Position numbers and translations under genes: made by a program. The notes under the pieces are model-generated. The model was not told where the DNA came from and did no database searches. It worked only from the letters and a program-made list of their open reading frames with translations. DNA of 64,000 nucleotides from an uncultured Chlamydiae bacterium. GTDB lineage: Bacteria > Chlamydiota > Chlamydiia > Chlamydiales > SM23-39. The stretch lies in NCBI GenBank assembly GCA_903893545.1, contig CAITMJ010000010.1:29602-93601 (forward strand), written 5' to 3'. Shown here in pieces: positions 19,004 to 27,998 of the stretch; position 1 is the first letter of the stretch, and every line of letters begins with the position of its first letter.

Positions 19004-19515
19004 GAGCGCACTTTTTCTATGACTGTTGTGGTCGCAAGGCCAGGAATGCGATCGACCAGGTGGAGGCGACCGCCATAGGACCTGACAACTTCTGCCTCAA
19101 TGCAGTGAGCCCCGTATTCGGCGCCATTGACGTGGACATCGGGGCGAATCTTGGAGAGGATTGCCCTCGGATCTACTTCTTCAAACCAAGTCACATAGTG
19201 GACAAACTCTAAGGCCGCAACCATTTCTAGGCGATGCTGCAGCGAGATGATCGGCCGTTTAGGACTTTTGTAGCTTTGAATGGAGCGATCGGAATTGAGG
19301 CACAAAAAAAGCCGATCTGCTTGCAAAGAAGCTTGATGGATAATGTAGAGGTGCCCCGCATGCAAGAGATCAAAAGAGCCATTCAAAGTTGCGATCGAAA
19401 GCCCCTGTTTGCGGAGCTCTTCAACTTGTCTTTCAAGCTCGGCGGGCAGGACGAGCTTTCTTTGCAGCCACGGCGGCAGATTTGTGAACATGAAGCTTCT
19501 CATTTGGGAAAGCAA
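18994..19515 (-). CDS. hldC: D-beta-D-heptose 1-phosphate adenylyltransferase (HldE domain II type cytidylyltransferase)
   Basis: ATLNGSFDLLHAGHLYIIHQA, DRLFLCLNSD, RPDVHVNGAEY and TTTVIEKV parallel E. coli HldE domain II as I remember it. Possible starts at 19515, 19503 or 19491. The 5' end overlaps the lon 3' end. Confidence 0.8.
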   Translation of the reverse strand: MLSQMRSFMFTNLPPWLQRKLVLPAELERQVEELRKQGLSIATLNGSFDLLHAGHLYIIHQASLQADRLFLCLNSDRSIQSYKSPKRPIISLQHRLEMVAALEFVHYVTWFEEVDPRAILSKIRPDVHVNGAEYGAHCIEAEVVRSYGGRLHLVDRIPGLATTTVIEKVRSCD

Positions 19516-21970
19516 TTTTAAAGACCTCGTCGTAGTATTCGACGAAGTGCACTTCCAACCCTTTTTTCAAAAATTCTGGAAGTTCGTCATAGTCGCGTAA
19601 GTTTTCTTTGGGGAAGATGAGGACATTGAGGCCCGATCTTCTGGCGGCGATCAGCTTTTCTTTAAGCCCTCCGATTGGAAGAACTCGACCTGTCAATGTG
19701 AGCTCTCCTGTCATGCCGAGATTGTCGCGCACCGGAATGTTTAAAAGCAAAGAGAGGAGCGATGTTGTCATAGTGATACCGGCAGAAGGACCATCTTTCG
19801 GGGTCGCCCCTTCTGGGATATGAAGGTGAATCAGCGATTTTTCAAAGAATGCAGCTTTTGGCAAATATTTGGTTAAAAAAACCTGCGAATAGGTCCAAGC
19901 GATCTGAGCCGACTCTTTCATGACATCTCCCGCTTGTCCAGTCAACTTCATCTCCGCTTTTTCAGCAGGATATTTGACCGCTTCGATATACAGCGTAGCT
20001 CCCCCCATCGAGGTCCAGGCAAGTCCCGTGACAACGCCGATCGGATTAACAGTGTAGTAGCGATCGGATAAGAACATCGGTTTTCCGATATAATGAGCGA
20101 GGTTTTCTTCCGAGATAATCGATTCTTTTTTTCCTTTTTTCTCGGTGCCGCGAGCGATTTTCACTGCGACTTTACGCATGATTTTCTTGAGGTAGTTTTC
20201 CAGCGTTCGAACACCAGATTCTCGAGCATACCCGTTGATGATCTGCGCAATAGCCCCTTTGGTAAACGAAATATCGGTTGCCTTAAGTCCCATGAGTTTT
20301 CGATTGCGCGGAATCAAATATTTGCGGGCGATCTCAATTTTTTCCGCCTGAATATATCCAGATAAGCGGAGGATCTCCATCCGGTCTTTCAGCGGCTCTG
20401 GAATGGTATCGAGAACGTTGGCCGTCACGATGAAAAGAACGTTCGACAAATCGCAGTGCACATCGAGATAATGGTCGAGGAAGGTCTTGTTTTGCTCAGG
20501 ATCGAGCACTTCGAGAAGAGCCGAAGCTGGATCGCCTTGATAGCTCGTTCCCATCTTATCGACCTCATCTAACATGATGACGGGGTTCATGGTCTCAGCG
20601 TATTTGAGCGCTTGGATCATCTTCCCCGGCATTGCGCCGATGTACGTTCTTCGATGCCCTTTAATCTCCGCCTCATCGCGCATGCCGCCAACAGAAAAGC
20701 GGTAGAATTTCCGATTGAGAGCGCGGGCAACGCTTTTGCCAATGCTCGTCTTTCCAACACCAGGAGGTCCAACAAGAGCGATAATGCTCCCCTTGACCCC
20801 GCCGGTTAATTTACCCACGCCGATAAATTCGAGGATCCGCTCTTTAATGTCTTTGAGCCCATAGTGATCGTGCTCGAGGATCTTTTCCGCTTTTTTCAAA
20901 TCATGCGTTTCCTCGGAATTGATTCCCCAGGGGACAATGGTGAGCCAGTCGAGATAGTTTCGGCAAACGCCATATTCGGCTGATTGCACTTCAAGAGTGC
21001 TGAGCTTATCCATCTCTTCAGCGATGACCTTCATCACATCTTCAGGCACTTTTCTCAGCTTAATTCGCTCTTCGAATTTTTCGATATCGACGGTCTTATC
21101 GTCTTTTTCCATCCCGAGTTCTTTTTTGATCGCCTTCAACTGTTCGCGGAGGAAAAATTCTCGCTGCGTCTTGGAAATCGTCGCTTCAATTCGCTGGTTG
21201 ATCGAGCTTTGAAGCCGGCTAATATCGAGCTCTTTTTTGAGCAACATGAGCGCTTTATCAATGCGTCTTTCAATGTCAAACGTCTCGAGCACTTCCTGTA
21301 ACTCTTCGCGGGATGCCGTGGTCAGAGCGACTGCAAAATCAGCCAGCCTTCCAGGCTCAGTAAAGTCGGAATGGCCGAGAAAAATCTGCAATTCCTCCTT
21401 AAAAAGAGGATTGAGCTTGAGCAGCTCTTTGATCGTCGTAATAATACTGATCGAATACGCCTTGAGCTCTCGCGAGAGATTTTCCACAGGAGGATCGTCG
21501 TGATAGCGAATTTTTGCGCATAGGTATTTATTTTTGATTTGGCCCTTGAGCTCAATCCTTTTTTCCATGTTCAGAACGACTTGCGCGCCGCCCTGTTCCA
21601 TCGGAATGATCCGCAAAATCCGAGCCACGATCCCGACCTTATGAAGGTCGCTCATTTTGATTTTGTAGATATTTACGTCTTCTTGCTCCGTCAAAAAAAG
21701 GCCGAGGCACTTGTGATCGGTCTTTGCGACGATCTTCAAGACTTCATAGTAAATGCCCGGCTCAATGACGATCGGAGCGGCCATCCCCGGGAAAAAGGGG
21801 CGGCGATTTAAGGGGAGTATATAGAGCTCATCCGGATAGGAGGGCATGGGCAGAAGCGCCTTGCTCGCCTTCTTCGAAGAGCGCGGTGGGGGATCTAATA
21901 GAGCCTCATCGCCAGAGATCTCTTCCGGCGGCATCTCTGGAGGTAAATCGTCAGGATTGTCGTTCATCAA
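19433..21970 (-). CDS. lon: ATP-dependent Lon protease
   Basis: LON N-domain, Walker A GPPGVGKTS, and protease-site PKDGPSAGITM. Confidence 0.97.
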   Translation of the reverse strand: MMNDNPDDLPPEMPPEEISGDEALLDPPPRSSKKASKALLPMPSYPDELYILPLNRRPFFPGMAAPIVIEPGIYYEVLKIVAKTDHKCLGLFLTEQEDVNIYKIKMSDLHKVGIVARILRIIPMEQGGAQVVLNMEKRIELKGQIKNKYLCAKIRYHDDPPVENLSRELKAYSISIITTIKELLKLNPLFKEELQIFLGHSDFTEPGRLADFAVALTTASREELQEVLETFDIERRIDKALMLLKKELDISRLQSSINQRIEATISKTQREFFLREQLKAIKKELGMEKDDKTVDIEKFEERIKLRKVPEDVMKVIAEEMDKLSTLEVQSAEYGVCRNYLDWLTIVPWGINSEETHDLKKAEKILEHDHYGLKDIKERILEFIGVGKLTGGVKGSIIALVGPPGVGKTSIGKSVARALNRKFYRFSVGGMRDEAEIKGHRRTYIGAMPGKMIQALKYAETMNPVIMLDEVDKMGTSYQGDPASALLEVLDPEQNKTFLDHYLDVHCDLSNVLFIVTANVLDTIPEPLKDRMEILRLSGYIQAEKIEIARKYLIPRNRKLMGLKATDISFTKGAIAQIINGYARESGVRTLENYLKKIMRKVAVKIARGTEKKGKKESIISEENLAHYIGKPMFLSDRYYTVNPIGVVTGLAWTSMGGATLYIEAVKYPAEKAEMKLTGQAGDVMKESAQIAWTYSQVFLTKYLPKAAFFEKSLIHLHIPEGATPKDGPSAGITMTTSLLSLLLNIPVRDNLGMTGELTLTGRVLPIGGLKEKLIAARRSGLNVLIFPKENLRDYDELPEFLKKGLEVHFVEYYDEVFKIAFPNEKLHVHKSAAVAAKKARPARRA

Positions 21971-22073
21971 AAGGCCCTCTTGCTTTCAAAATCTAGTTAA
22001 CCTAATTGCTTTCCAAAAGCAAGGAAGAATAGCAGTCTGAAAAAAAAGATGCAATGGGGTAGACTACTAGGCC

Positions 22074-22610
22074 ATGAAGACTCTCCTATTGGAAACAAGC
22101 TCAGAATTTGCCCTCCTTGCCGTTTTAGAAAAAGGGCAAATTCTCCTCGAAGTTCGCCTTTCCGGCGGCCCCGAACTTTCTAAGATGCTAGGCGCTGAAA
22201 TAAAAAAAATTCTTGCACCCCCTTATGATCGAATCGTCGTCGGCATCGGCCCCGGCTCTTTTACGGGAACCCGCGTCGGCGCCTCGATGGCCAGCGCCCT
22301 TGCCTTCGGCTGGAAGATCCCCCTCTACACCGCCTCAAGCCTTACCGCCTTCGGCCCTAAAACCGTCGCCATAGATGCCCGCATGGGAGGGATTTATGTA
22401 CAAAGAGGCACTGAAAGCCCCCTTCTTCTTCCCCTGCTAGAGGCCGCTGAATTCCTCTCCAAAGAGTTGGCCATCGCCTCGCCCCACCCCGACAAAATCC
22501 TCGCCAGGATCCCCGGCCTTACCCTAGAGAAACAAGAGCCCAATCCCCTTCTCCTAGCTCAGCACGCAGAGCCAGCAAAATTCCCGCTCCAACTGCATTA
22601 TATGAATTAA
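22074..22610 (+). CDS. tsaB: tRNA t6A biosynthesis protein TsaB (YeaZ)
   Basis: GIGPGSFTGTRVGASMASALAFGWKIPL; size and position next to lon. Confidence 0.8.
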   Translation: MKTLLLETSSEFALLAVLEKGQILLEVRLSGGPELSKMLGAEIKKILAPPYDRIVVGIGPGSFTGTRVGASMASALAFGWKIPLYTASSLTAFGPKTVAIDARMGGIYVQRGTESPLLLPLLEAAEFLSKELAIASPHPDKILARIPGLTLEKQEPNPLLLAQHAEPAKFPLQLHYMN

Positions 22611-22697
22611 GCTTCAAAAAAATGTTCATTGAGTTCAACGACACCCACATGATATAAGTTCGGAATCTTAAATCTTACTTTGTCTTTGGGATAAAGA

Positions 22698-22892
22698 ATG
22701 AATCACGAGCTGAAGTTTTTTGCGATACGATTGGCCATTATATTTTGCGCCACTCCATTGATGGGGTGGATTATCATGCGATGTGCGGAAAGCTTCGAAA
22801 AAGCATGGAAGACTAACAGTCGGAGAAAAAAATGGCTTGCATCTTGCGGAGTTTTTTTACTACTTGCCGCCATCAGCGGATGGTTTTTGTAA
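22698..22892 (+). CDS. small two-TM hypothetical protein
   Basis: 64-aa ORF with two hydrophobic stretches (AIRLAIIFCATPLMGWII, CGVFLLLAAISGWFL). No similarity recognised. Confidence 0.35.
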   Translation: MNHELKFFAIRLAIIFCATPLMGWIIMRCAESFEKAWKTNSRRKKWLASCGVFLLLAAISGWFL

Positions 22893-23248
22893 CAACGACT
22901 GCCGTCTGCATTTCATGCCACCTCCCTCACGAAGCTATTTGCTTAGCAACTGAAACTGATCGACTTACTTGTAAAATCCTAAATCAAATCAATAATAATG
23001 AAGCAGAAGCATTGATCAACAAATTTGACCAATTTGAGGAGTCTTTTGGATTGTCATCAGATTTTATTGATCAAGGCCGCAAGTTCTTACAGTCATTTGT
23101 CGATGAAATGAATGCCAAATACAACCTTGCTATCACCCTTCCAGAGAATTTAAAACGGGAATTGCAAAGCAGCCTTCGACGTTCATGGAAACCGATCTTC
23201 CAAGTAATTGTTATATTGGCGGGATCGAACTATTTGCAGCAGTGCTAA
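22832..23248 (+). CDS. hypothetical protein; the real start is uncertain, and it may be the 5' part of a frameshifted gene
   Basis: ORF only. The 5' part overlaps the 22698 ORF. The helical-looking region is EAEALINKFDQFEESFGLSSDFIDQGRKFLQSFVDEMNAKY. Confidence 0.3.
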   Translation: MACILRSFFTTCRHQRMVFVTTTAVCISCHLPHEAICLATETDRLTCKILNQINNNEAEALINKFDQFEESFGLSSDFIDQGRKFLQSFVDEMNAKYNLAITLPENLKRELQSSLRRSWKPIFQVIVILAGSNYLQQC

Positions 23249-23403
23249 TTGCTATTGTACCAGTTCCTGGCGCGACAGCACTTGCGGGAGTGGTTGCGGG
23301 AGATGGCCTCAGGAGAGTGGTTGATGGTGTAACACAACTTGGAGATGAGCGTAGAGCTAACCCCAACTTTGTCCAGCCAAAATTAGGGCAACCATTCGAC
23401 TGA
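23185..23403 (+). CDS. small hydrophobic hypothetical protein, or the 3' part of a frameshifted gene
   Basis: 72-aa ORF in a different frame, overlapping the previous ORF by 64 nt. Hydrophobic ELFAAVLIAIVPVPGATALAGVVAG. Confidence 0.3.
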   Translation: METDLPSNCYIGGIELFAAVLIAIVPVPGATALAGVVAGDGLRRVVDGVTQLGDERRANPNFVQPKLGQPFD

Positions 23404-23595
23404 CAAATACACCCCTGTCCCATTGAACAAAGAAAAATACATGATAACGGCATATGCTCCCCTCCGGGAGCTGGCGCGATAAAAAAGAACGCTTTGCAAG
23501 CCGTTATCCTGTTAACTTCTTAAGAACAAGGCATTTATTCCATTACTTCCAAGGCCCTCGCAGCCGACCACTTTCCCACTTCAACTTCAATCCCC

Positions 23596-23624
23596 TTGAA
23601 TAGAAGTCGCTTTTCCCGTAAAAT
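23596..23624 (+). promoter_or_regulatory. candidate sigma-70-type promoter for rpsU-dnaJ
   Basis: TTGAAT (23596-23601), a 17-nt spacer, then TAAAAT (23619-23624). It lies 34 nt upstream of the rpsU ATG. An AAGGA Shine-Dalgarno-like sequence sits near 23646. Confidence 0.4.
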
Positions 23625-23657
23625 GGAGCCTTAAGTTTTTAAACCCAAGGATTTCAA

Positions 23658-23852
23658 ATGCCCAGCGTAAAAGTCCGTATCGGTGAACCGATCGACAAAG
23701 CCCTTCGAGCCCTCAAGAAAAAACTTGATAAAGAGGGAATCATGAAAGCGGCTAAAGCACACCGTTTCTACGACAAACCTTCTGTTAAATCCCGCGCAAA
23801 ATCCAAAGCTGCGACAAAACGCACAAAAACAGCACTCCGCCGCGGTTTCTAA
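23658..23852 (+). CDS. rpsU: 30S ribosomal protein S21
   Basis: [28 protein letters not shown]...; basic 64-aa protein typical of S21. Confidence 0.95.
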   Translation: MPSVKVRIGEPIDKALRALKKKLDKEGIMKAAKAHRFYDKPSVKSRAKSKAATKRTKTALRRGF

Positions 23853-23861
23853 GTTTTCCCT

Positions 23862-25025
23862 ATGAAAGATTTTTACGCGACCCTCGGCGTCACCAAGAGC
23901 GCCACGCCTGAAGAAATTAAAAAAGCCTATCGCAAGAAGGCTCTTGAATCTCATCCTGACCGCAACCCCAACGATCCAAAGGCAGAAGCGGCCTTCAAAC
24001 AAATCTCTGAAGCCTACGAAGTCTTAAGCGACGAAGGCAAGAAGCGCGTCTACGACCAATATGGCGAAGAAGGCCTTCGCGGCGCCGGCATGGGCAGCCA
24101 AGGAGGAGGATTTCAAGGAGGCGGGTTTTCTTCAATGGAAGAAGCGCTTCGCACCTTCATGGGCGCGTTTGGCGGACGCGGTGGAGATCAGAATTTCGAA
24201 TCCTTTTTCGGCGGTGGATTTGGTGGGGAAGAACAAGAGTCGGGATCTCGCAAAGGGACCAGTAAGAAAACCACGATCAGAGTCTCGTTTGAAGAGGCTG
24301 CATCGGGCACAGAAAAAGACATCACCATTCAAAACTTCATCACCTGTTCTACCTGCAACGGTCTCGGCGCAAAATCGAGAACTGGCATCAAGACTTGCGC
24401 TCCTTGTCACGGCAGAGGCCAAATTGTCCAAAGTCGCGGGTTTTTCAGCATGTCGACCCCCTGCCCCCATTGTGGCGGCGCGGGCCAAGTCATTACCGAT
24501 CCTTGCAAAGAGTGCAAAGGAGCGGGGCGCATCAAAGAAAAGCAGCGCATTAATATTAAAATCCCTGCAGGCGTAGACAATGGAATGCGGCTCAAAATGA
24601 GCGGTTATGGCGATGCCGGCGAAGCAGGTGGACCTCCAGGCGACCTCTTCGTATACATCGAAGTCGAATCTCATCCCGCCTTCCAAAGAGAAGGAGACGA
24701 TGTCCTTCTAGAACTCCCCATTACCTTTATCGAAGCATCGCTTGGCTGCAAAAAAGAAGTCCCTTCCCCTCTTGGAATTGCCTGCAAAGTCACTATCCCT
24801 GAAGGAATCCAATCGGGACAAATGCTCCGAGTGAACGGCAAAGGATTCCCAAACGTCCATGGCCAAGGTCAAGGCGACCTTCTCCTCCGCATCATCGTCG
24901 AAACACCCGTCAAGCTCTCCTCCAAGCAGAAAGATCTCCTCCGCTCCTTTGAAGAGATCGAAACCCCACAAAATCACCCGCGCAAGAAAAGCGTTTTCGA
25001 TAAACTCAAAGAATTCTTCTCTTAA
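23862..25025 (+). CDS. dnaJ: molecular chaperone DnaJ
   Basis: J-domain with HPD ([13 protein letters not shown]), G/F-rich linker, and four CxxCxGxG zinc-finger motifs. Confidence 0.97.
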   Translation: MKDFYATLGVTKSATPEEIKKAYRKKALESHPDRNPNDPKAEAAFKQISEAYEVLSDEGKKRVYDQYGEEGLRGAGMGSQGGGFQGGGFSSMEEALRTFMGAFGGRGGDQNFESFFGGGFGGEEQESGSRKGTSKKTTIRVSFEEAASGTEKDITIQNFITCSTCNGLGAKSRTGIKTCAPCHGRGQIVQSRGFFSMSTPCPHCGGAGQVITDPCKECKGAGRIKEKQRINIKIPAGVDNGMRLKMSGYGDAGEAGGPPGDLFVYIEVESHPAFQREGDDVLLELPITFIEASLGCKKEVPSPLGIACKVTIPEGIQSGQMLRVNGKGFPNVHGQGQGDLLLRIIVETPVKLSSKQKDLLRSFEEIETPQNHPRKKSVFDKLKEFFS

Positions 25026-25030
25026 AAAAG

Positions 25031-25082
25031 AAACAGGATCGTCGCGTCAGCGGAGACCCGGCCGGCGAAGCCAATCCTGTTT
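25031..25082. terminator. possible bidirectional terminator hairpin between the convergent dnaJ and lipoprotein genes
   Basis: Perfect 9-bp arms AAACAGGAT / ATCCTGTTT around a GC-rich 34-nt interior. Flanked by A-run and T-run (AAAAAAG ... ATTATTTTTGGG). Confidence 0.4.
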
Positions 25083-25083
25083 A

Positions 25084-25428
25084 TTATTTTTGGGTGGTTT
25101 GCATTTCGTAGCTATCGAAGAATTCGATACTATAAGGAGCTGGAGAGCTTCCCTTGATGTGCTTGGAGACCACCTTGCCTTCTTTAATCACGAGAATATA
25201 GCGCCGCTCTTCCATCGTGCGCGCGCCCGCCTTGATCCGCTCTAGATATTCATACTCTATAGTCCCGTCGTCCTTTTTGTGGACAGAATAAGGCTCGCCA
25301 TAAGAAGAGACGACCTCTGAACTCGAAGAGCCGATGGAGATATCGGAAAAATTATTCATCGTCATTAGAGACCCTCCCGTGCAAGAGGCCAGCATCAAAA
25401 AGACAAATGAAATATTGCGCATGTTCAA
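25084..25428 (-). CDS. small lipoprotein, SmpA/OmlA (BamE)-like by size and pattern
   Basis: Signal peptide with the lipobox LMLASC. The ~95-aa mature domain contains GEPYSV..DGTIEYEY. Confidence 0.5.
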   Translation of the reverse strand: MNMRNISFVFLMLASCTGGSLMTMNNFSDISIGSSSSEVVSSYGEPYSVHKKDDGTIEYEYLERIKAGARTMEERRYILVIKEGKVVSKHIKGSSPAPYSIEFFDSYEMQTTQK

Positions 25429-25910
25429 GGGGTACCTTCCTCAGATGAATCTTCTTTATTGTCTTCTACTTTAGCCCCTGGCCAGATCCGCGCTTCGATC
25501 TGCGTCCGAAACTGATCAGAAGTGACATATTCCCCTTTCATCGTATAACTGCCATCCGATTGTAAGGCATACGTTTCAAAGCCTTCGAAATTCATCTCAT
25601 TGCCCCGAAATTCCCACGCGATCATCGTCTCGTCGCAAACGCCTTTGCCGACAATACGGCCCACATTTGGATTTTCCATATCCACGGAAAAACCCTTAGG
25701 GCCAAAATCGTAAAACGTCAGCTCATTGCGCATATTTTCCGAAAGCCCTTGAATTTGAATTGCCTGCGCCGCACTGACCTTTCCTGCAAAGTCTTTGGCT
25801 TGCACAAACCAATTCGTATTAAAAAAGAGCTCTTCTTCGACCATATTGAGGGTAATTTTCCCCTCGCCGGTCCAATTCCCTGAATTAAAGATAAACAAAT
25901 GGTTGAGCAT
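25425..25910 (-). CDS. conserved-looking hypothetical protein
   Basis: Start trimmed to the ATG at 25908-25910 (MLNHLFIFNSGNWTGEGK), which overlaps the rodA stop (TGATG). No family recognised. Confidence 0.5.
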   Translation of the reverse strand: MLNHLFIFNSGNWTGEGKITLNMVEEELFFNTNWFVQAKDFAGKVSAAQAIQIQGLSENMRNELTFYDFGPKGFSVDMENPNVGRIVGKGVCDETMIAWEFRGNEMNFEGFETYALQSDGSYTMKGEYVTSDQFRTQIEARIWPGAKVEDNKEDSSEEGTP

Positions 25911-27037
25911 CAGAACATGAATCTCCGTGTATAAATGCTTTGCAAGATGCCAAGGGCTGCACATGTGGTCATGAGCGAACTTCCTCCGTAGGTGACAAAG
26001 AGAAGTGGCACCCCCGAAATCGGAAGCAGCGCACACATCATTGCAATATTCACAAGCGCCGTAGCAGCCAAATACATGGCCAATCCCGCGGCTAAAAACC
26101 GCCCAAAGGGGTCCTTAGCTACTACCGCTACCTGGAAACTAAAATAAATCAAAGCGTAAAAAAGGAACAGCAGGAACGTAACCCCCAGAAACCCAAACTC
26201 TTCTGCAAAGGCAGAAAACACAGAATCGGTGTGAGCGGCCGGAAGCCATTTGCGGCCGGAAAATTCAGACTTGCGCCACCCTGTCCCCGTAACCCCCCCG
26301 ATAGCAATCGCGATCTGGGAAGCCTTTTGGTGATACGTATTGGGATTGAGCCGCTCATACTGATAATCCTTCAATACCGTTGTAAATAGAGGTCTCATCT
26401 TTTCATGAGAGAGAACGCCGGCAAAAAGAAGAGATGCGACCGTAAACCCCAAAACGCCTAACACTGTAAAAAAACGGCAAAGTCCCCTGTGAAGACCTGC
26501 AAAATAGCCCATTCCCAAAACGATCGGGTATAAGATGAGTGCAGTCCCAAGATCCGGTTGCTTCAAAATCAATAAAAAAGGGACTCCCACCAAAACACCG
26601 ACCTGCAGCGCCGTCGAAAATGCAGAAACCGCCCTTCCCTTTCTCTCCAAAAACCAACTCACCACGATGATCAAAATCAGCTTGGCCTGTTCTGACGGCT
26701 GAATGCTCATCGCTCCTGGAATCCGATACCAGCGGTGCACATTTTGAATCGGACTGACAAAAAAAAGGCCCACGAGCAATAGAATTGCGACAATATATAG
26801 ACCGAGGCTCCAGTCGCGAAGCTTTCTGTAATCAAATCCGGCCGCAAAAAGAAACATCGCCCCGCCCAAACAAATCCATCGCAGCTGACTCTTTGCGATC
26901 GGCGTCCAAAACGTCTCCTCCCCCTCGATCCCCGTCATCGACGAAATTACAAGCAGGCCAATTCCCATCAAACAAAAGACAACCGGTACAATCCGAAGAT
27001 CGATGCGAGAAAGCGCGCGATAGTCCCAAATATCCAT
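25910..27037 (-). CDS. rodA: SEDS family peptidoglycan polymerase (RodA/FtsW family)
   Basis: 10-TM FtsW/RodA/SpoVE pattern (HTDSVFSAFAEEFGFLG, LPISGVPLLFVTYGGSS). Called rodA rather than ftsW because birA is adjacent, as I recall for C. trachomatis CT725/CT726. Confidence 0.85.
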   Translation of the reverse strand: MDIWDYRALSRIDLRIVPVVFCLMGIGLLVISSMTGIEGEETFWTPIAKSQLRWICLGGAMFLFAAGFDYRKLRDWSLGLYIVAILLLVGLFFVSPIQNVHRWYRIPGAMSIQPSEQAKLILIIVVSWFLERKGRAVSAFSTALQVGVLVGVPFLLILKQPDLGTALILYPIVLGMGYFAGLHRGLCRFFTVLGVLGFTVASLLFAGVLSHEKMRPLFTTVLKDYQYERLNPNTYHQKASQIAIAIGGVTGTGWRKSEFSGRKWLPAAHTDSVFSAFAEEFGFLGVTFLLFLFYALIYFSFQVAVVAKDPFGRFLAAGLAMYLAATALVNIAMMCALLPISGVPLLFVTYGGSSLMTTCAALGILQSIYTRRFMF

Positions 27038-27040
27038 ATT

Positions 27041-27185
27041 AGACCTTTTTCTTAACTTAGGGTTCGTCGATTTTCGGGATTATTTTGGCCGATTTTCGAT
27101 TTAAAATGAGTAGGCCATATTCAGTCAATAAGGCCCGCTTATTTTAAATCGAAAATCGACGAACCCTAAGTTATGAAAGAGGTCT
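27041..27185. repeat. 145-bp near-perfect palindrome in the rodA/birA divergent intergenic region
   Basis: The 36-nt arms at 27041-27076 and 27150-27185 are complementary at 34 of 36 positions. An inner 18-nt arm pair (27090-27107 / 27141-27158) gives an alternative register. The element starts 3 nt from the rodA ATG. Confidence 0.85.
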
Positions 27186-27272
27186 ATTCTCGAAATGGTA
27201 AAGAACCCATCGCTCAAGTGCAAGAGAATATGCAATTGATCAAAAGACAGAAAAAAGCCTATCATTCCCGCA

Positions 27273-27998
27273 ATGAACGAAATCCACCTCAAAACGATCG
27301 ACTCGACAAATACGTATGCAAAAAAGCATGCGCCCACCTTCCCAAAAGGTCAAATCACCTGCGTCATTGCAGAAGAGCAGACTGCAGGCCGAGGAAGATT
27401 TCATCGCACATGGGACTCTCCAAAAGGAGGCAACCTCTACGCCACTTTTTACTTTCTCCTCCCCGCCTCTTCAAAAAGCCTTATGAGTTTATCCCAGATC
27501 ATGGCCTGCAGCATGGCCAAGGTATTGCTTACAGAGCATTTTTCGCCCAAGATCAAATGGCCCAATGACATTCAGCTAAGTGGAAAAAAGTGCAGCGGCA
27601 TTCTATGCGAAACGAGATTCCAAGGCGAGGAGGTCGAAATATTTCTCGGCATCGGACTCAATGTCAATATGGGTCAAGATCTCCTTGGCAACATCGATCA
27701 ACCGGCAACCTCCCTTTTCGTAGAGAGCGGAAAAGAGTGGAATCAGCTCGAGATCTTGCAAAAACTACAAACGCAATTCGCCTCCGATTTAGCTCTTTTT
27801 ACCAAAAAGGGCTTTGCCCCTTTTCACAACTTTTTTGACAAGCTGCTCTTATTCAAAGGGGAAAAGATCCGCTGTTTTGATGGAAAAAAAGAATGGACCG
27901 GCCTCTTTCATTCCATCACCTCAGATGGGCAATTAAACCTACAGCTTCCCGACGGATCGATGCACACAATGCTCTCCGGCGATATATCCCATGATTGA
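27273..27998 (+). CDS. birA: biotin--[acetyl-CoA-carboxylase] ligase
   Basis: EEQTAGRGRFHRTWDSPKGGNLY and KWPNDI motifs. Confidence 0.9.
   Translation: MNEIHLKTIDSTNTYAKKHAPTFPKGQITCVIAEEQTAGRGRFHRTWDSPKGGNLYATFYFLLPASSKSLMSLSQIMACSMAKVLLTEHFSPKIKWPNDIQLSGKKCSGILCETRFQGEEVEIFLGIGLNVNMGQDLLGNIDQPATSLFVESGKEWNQLEILQKLQTQFASDLALFTKKGFAPFHNFFDKLLLFKGEKIRCFDGKKEWTGLFHSITSDGQLNLQLPDGSMHTMLSGDISHD

Noticed and set aside
20093..21811. Several 65-105 aa plus-strand ORFs opposite lon
   Set aside because: They are antisense to a fully conserved Lon protease gene, with no independent support.
21971..23657. HrcA/CIRCE operator (TTAGCACTC-N9-GAGTGCTAA) upstream of lon or rpsU-dnaJ
   Set aside because: I read both intergenic regions on both strands and found no CIRCE-like inverted repeat. 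There are only a weak 7-8 bp repeat (CTTGCTTT...AAAGCAAG) near lon and the sigma-70-like hexamers near rpsU.
24061..24686. A 171-aa plus-strand ORF and a 184-aa minus-strand ORF overlapping dnaJ
   Set aside because: They lie entirely within the well-supported dnaJ frame (G/F-rich and zinc-finger region). They are alternative-frame artefacts of GC-rich repetitive codons.
27173..27568. A 131-aa ORF starting inside the right arm of the 27-kb palindrome
   Set aside because: It overlaps birA in another frame, and its translation is basic and low-complexity. The birA frame carries the diagnostic GRGR motif.
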